Assembly: GCA_030141605.1 (NCBI GenBank)
Contig: JAQGDQ010000385.1
Coordinates: forward strand, 1-64,000
Direction of reading: 5' to 3'
Source: Tubiluchus corallicola
Taxonomy: Eukaryota; Animalia; Priapulida
DNA: 64,000 bases
Below, piece by piece: positions 59,395 through 64,000 of this stretch. The notes beneath the pieces are model-generated. The model had not been told where the DNA came from, made no database searches, and saw nothing but the letters and a program-made list of their open reading frames with translations. Numbering within the stretch: position 1 is the first letter of the stretch; the number at the start of each line of letters is the position of its first letter. The position numbers were made by a program, and so were the translations under genes.

Positions 59395-59482
59395 AGACTT
59401 GGAATAGATTATTATGTTTTAGCCCGGAAAAGGACATCAGACCTGGAATAGATTATTACGTTTTAGCTCGGATAAGGATATC
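59395..59482. repeat. 44-bp tandem duplication
   Basis: AGAC(T/C)TGGAATAGATTATTA(T/C)GTTTTAGC..GGA.AAGGA.ATC twice. Confidence 0.88.
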
Positions 59483-59736
59483 ATTTCACCTTTCACTGCA
59501 GCAGAACCTGTGGTATAAGAGTGTAATAAGACAATGTTGAAAAACGTGTTATGATTTTTGAATTTGATAGAAAATGACGCGTAAGAAAGATCATTTGTGG
59601 CCAGAGCAAGAAACTGTTGTTATTGGGCATCGTTTGACGCATGGGGAAATGGGCTCAAGCCTAACTATGGGTAGAAATTTAAAAATGCAGAGAAACATGG
59701 TAGTACATATATTATATATATAGTATACTACTATAC

Positions 59737-59739
<3 letters not shown>

Positions 59740-59777
<38 letters not shown>

Positions 59778-59821
59778 GCGTGTGCGTGTGCGTGTGCGTG
59801 CGTGCGTGTGTGTGTGTGTGT
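59740..59821. repeat. (TG)n/(TGCG)n microsatellite
   Basis: Directly visible alternating purine-pyrimidine tract. Confidence 0.95.
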
Positions 59822-60039
59822 AGCAAGAAAACCATGCTGGTTAGAGGTTGATGATCTTATATAAGTTGAATGCTGCTTGCTAAGACACTATAAACAGTTT
59901 GTTCATCAAACCGCGCTACTGCTGGTAACTGGGCAGGATGGACAAGTTTGTATCGTAAAATGACAGTACACGCTGCAAATTAGCGATGCCTTTTCGTAGG
60001 CAATTTGGCACTTTGCAAGCCAGAATTTAACAAAAACCT

Positions 60040-60300
60040 TTGGTTGGGCCTACTACAAACTTAAAAGTGGTTGTGCGCCTTGTGGCGAGACCGGATTTAC
60101 CTCATTTTGAAAGGAACGTCTAAGTTGAGACATTAAGATCAGTAGAGATGTACCGACCACGTTCACATGCGCACACAGCTTCCCATAACGCGAGAAATAG
60201 GTCGGTTCTAGCACGGCAAACGATGCAAACAAACCCACCTAATTACTAGCAAGGGGTAACGATGCTTAACTTTGTACACACATGCCGTGACTACTCAGTT
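60040..60300 (-). mobile_element. Degenerate SINE-like repeat with a 5S-like segment (related to 39270-39480)
   Basis: Minus strand reads CTGAGTAGTCACGGCAT...AAAGTTAAGCATCGT...GCTAGTAATTAGGTGGG. Confidence 0.5.
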
Positions 60301-60484
60301 TACACCTTGCCATGAACATAAAATGTCAGTAATTTTGTGCACGGTTTATTTTGTAAGTTTTTTAACTATCTGTCAGTGACCACACTTCTCTTCGCAGGTT
60401 TTCATCTATATATAGAATAGGCAGATTGCATCTTCCAACAGCGCTCACCACGAACTTACACGATAATAGTTGCATATATCCCAG

Positions 60485-60497
60485 AGGTCAAAGGTCA
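60485..60497 (+). promoter_or_regulatory. Perfect DR1 nuclear-receptor response element
   Basis: AGGTCA-A-AGGTCA exact consensus. Confidence 0.45.
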
Positions 60498-63180
60498 CCG
60501 ACTACATGTAGTTGTCATCACTGGACCATCTTTTTGCTACATCAAATGTAGCACATACAAAGTTTGTCATTCTTATGCTAATTTCTGCTCACGGTCCTAA
60601 GAATTCATAACCTGTATACATGTGCACTTTTCATCACATTTTTTGAACTTCGACAAAAAAACTATCTTCTAGTCGAAATAGGCCATAGCAGAAGCTCCTA
60701 ACCTGTCTGCTGGTGTTCCACTTCAATAAATATTTGAACAATTTTGTCCGAAATCTTAAAAATAACAGCGTGCCGGTGGCACAGAAAAGAAACAGGATTT
60801 TTATCGGATAATAAGAAAATATTATATAGTTTCGTTGACCCAGGTAATATTTTTCAAAACCAGTGTACAATAACATTGTTCGAGGTCTTAAAACCGTCAT
60901 GTCAATAATCGGTATATCTGGCCCTAAAAATAATTGTTTATCTAAGTGTAATGTGCATACTTTCGAACGTGTGTGAAATCTGCAAGCATAGAGGCTTTGC
61001 AGGGATCACTGAACTGCTGACCAACAACTTTATTTGAATGAGAAAAATTATGTTTTCTGTCTTCAAAGATGAATTGCCTAACCTCATTCATCTGTGACAA
61101 AGTTCCTTCAAGCCTTATTATGGGGCAAAATTAATCTACCTTCTTACTTTGTACATGTTTTTGCGTAGCTTACTTACTGGAAGGAGTTTAGTTAGTCTAA
61201 TATTGTAAGGTTCGATCTTATAATTAAAAATGTGTACCCAAAATATAATAAACTTAAAGCAGAAATGTGTTTAGTATAGACGAGCTGTGATCAATCCTTC
61301 TTTACATGTGCCTTTGTAAAGGTGTTCGCAGATGTGATAACACTAACGCATAAAAAAATCATGTGCAATAAACGCTGGTTATACAACATAAATATCGCTA
61401 ATAATGCTTTTGCCTGCATTATTTCATGTGAAGATTATAAATTTTTAAAAGCTTTCTCATGTATTATGCAACAGTTTCAATGCGTTGATGTCCCGTCTCC
61501 TGTAACCAAGTTACTGTTACCCTAATAACACCTTTCAATTGAGTTATTAAACATTATTATTCATAAATGTACGGCATATGTCGAGCATTTAATGTAGTTG
61601 ATTAAATTTTAAACGCGCTGGCACGCTTTGTATGCTTAATCATGCAGACAGATGCATATAGCTGTCGCTGAGATTTATGTAAGGGTTGTATAACACGTGT
61701 GCATATTATAAGCTAATAAGCTATTGCTGCTGCCGTGAGTAGCTTCACTATAAAAACGATAAACGCATAGTATCACTCCCGCCGCGGCGTGAAAATGCTT
61801 TAGTGTTAAATATTAAGCCCAAACTTTCCCTTGTTAATACATAATATGATTACATGCTACACGTGTCAGTTTCTTATCTTCGTTTCTTTGCAGATAATTA
61901 TGTGCATGTGCTCTCAGTTTCATTGCTATTGTGGATAATATATAGATATTGTAATACGTAATGAATTGGTCAAACAACAAATAGTTAGAGCTTAAATAAC
62001 GATAAAGCAGTTAATCATCATAATAGTCCTCTATTAAATGAGTAATATAATAAACAAATTATAAAGAAGATTTGGCCTAATAAAATTTGCTTTGAGTGTT
62101 CACAAATTGACTGTTTTGTGTAACGCAGGGCAGTATAAAACATGCTATCTGTTTCGATATCATGTAAAGAATACTAAAGTACAATGTTGGTTCATTGGTA
62201 GTTCATAGCATCACAATAAGTCTTTATGTATACACAGCAATGGGACCATATGTATCAGCGAACTTACGCCTACATAAAACTATAATTATGTGCTATTAAC
62301 TTTGTGGGGTACAGTGCTTAATTTTGAAGATTTCCAGCACGGTCTTGGATGTAATGTAATCGTATTCACTATAGCCGCAAATTAATCACTATTCGATGTA
62401 GCAAGGCAGCTTCCCAGTAAAATTACATCAGAGATGAGTTGATGAGATGACATTTTCTTCTTAGTGGCTACAGTTTCGGGATAATTACCGAGAAGATTCA
62501 AGGTTTTGTAGTTTTGCAATATGAAGCCTGCAGAAGTGTTTTAGTTTAAGGACTGTTCATACTGCGAACTTAAAACATTTGTTAGTTTATATTTTGATCG
62601 CCAGGAATCATTCAAAAACAGCTCCAAGAAAGTTTCATTCCACGAAGTTTATTACGGGTACCAATTAGGCCTTAGAAGATATTGTCACGTTTTCAACTCT
62701 TCCACAGATCAAATGAAACGAGAATTAAGTAAATTCCTTAATCAGAGTTTTATTACGATGCTATTTAATGTGGAACCCCTGGCAGCTTGCAAAGATAAAC
62801 CCAGCAATGTCATTGAAACGTTGGTAAATGTTAAAAGGCAATTTAGTTACTAAAATAGTGTTGACTTTAGCTTTTTTGTAATCTAAACGCGCACTAAAAT
62901 CACTCATCCTTTTTACTTGCAATTAAAATATTGATACTTATGGCTAAGTTACCCGTAAAATTATAGGCTGAGCTATGAAGTAGCTTGATTGACAAACACT
63001 TCGGGTAAAACACAATGAACATATTTACTTAACATAAAATTATTTGATGCGGCACGACAGTTTTAAGATTATACAATCCGTTTTACTTCCTAAATTTCCT
63101 TTGTGAAGCGAATAAAACTTTTAAAAAGTTGCAGCAATGGGGTTAAGGAAAGGCAACCTTAATGGCTGTATTGTTCATGA

Positions 63181-63315
63181 ATATACATAACGTACGTATA
63201 AAAACATATACATATAAACATATATGCTTATGTTCATACATACATACATATATATATGTATGTATGTATGAACATAAGCATATATGTTTATATGTATATG
63301 TTTTTATACGTACGT

Positions 63316-63324
<9 letters not shown>
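63181..63324. repeat. Perfect 144-bp spacerless AT-rich palindrome followed by (TA)n
   Basis: Arms 63181-63252 and 63253-63324 are exact reverse complements; the ORF track shows the same peptide on both strands. Confidence 0.93.
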
Positions 63325-63357
<33 letters not shown>

Positions 63358-64000
63358 GCTGCACCTTTCCAGTCTGATGTAATATTACAATGCTACGCGT
63401 ATGCTTATAACCATAATAAGAATGTCAAATTCATTGTGTCACGTACAAAATTTATGTAATCGTACATGATAAATTCACCATCAATGTAATCAATTGTAAT
63501 TTGACAATTGATATTGTTAAAAATATTATATGAAATTTTTATTCAAGCGTGTGGCGCGGCGGGCTTGCGCTGTTTCAGCTATAATCGCCATTTAGTACGT
63601 ATACGCGATTTTATTATCCATTTCTCATAAATGAGGATGATCGACCATTCATGAATTACCAACAATTAGCAGGTGCAGGAATCCATTGATTAAAATACAC
63701 GGAATCATACCGTTAATTGCTGCTTTCGTGCAGTTAATGAAGTTAATGTTTTGCTTCTTCAACATCAAACGAAGCGCTGAAAAATTATTGGACAAATCAG
63801 GATTCGAACTTCAATTCGTGTACGTGCTCCATTGCTGAGAAGGCGGTATGCATGATATTTATCAAGACAACATTGTACTGCACTGGGGAAATAACTGAGT
63901 TTCTTGGCCATACTATACCGAAAATTATTAGCAGCAGTTTAAAAAATAATAATTGTGATTATGAAATCAAGCATTAATAATAATTGTTAATGTTGTGTAA

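Noticed and set aside
60380-61900. Strong acceptor-like sites at ~60397 and ~61893 suggesting a further gene
   Set aside because: No convincing coding exon or recognisable peptide follows; they could be UTR exons but this is unsupported.
63790-63850. tRNA gene suggested by a B-box (GTTCGAATCC, minus strand)
   Set aside because: No cloverleaf or matching A-box could be formed; at most a SINE remnant.

Overview
AT-rich, intron-rich eukaryotic genomic DNA, most likely an invertebrate animal; the taxon cannot be fixed from sequence alone. Six spliced housekeeping or regulatory genes can be assembled by hand with in-frame GT-AG junctions: SARNP/CIP29 (-, 3' end runs off the window start), BET1 (+), cytosolic NADP-isocitrate dehydrogenase IDH1 (+), Myt1 kinase PKMYT1 (-), MFAP1 (+) and a ZFP64-like C2H2 zinc-finger gene (+). 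The last ~8 kb has no supportable gene. Introns and intergenic DNA carry LINE fragments, Tc1/mariner- and hAT-type MITEs, degenerate 5S-like SINE copies, microsatellites, short tandem duplications and palindromes. Top finding: IDH1 ends in TGA-CTA, the known leaky-stop context, and readthrough would add X-L-S-Y-S-K-L-stop, a hidden SKL peroxisomal targeting signal. Other notable items are a U12-type (minor spliceosome) intron in PKMYT1, an inverted duplication that preserves the empty pre-insertion site of a neighbouring LINE, and a perfect 144-bp spacerless palindrome. All exon coordinates were derived manually and no database searches were run.
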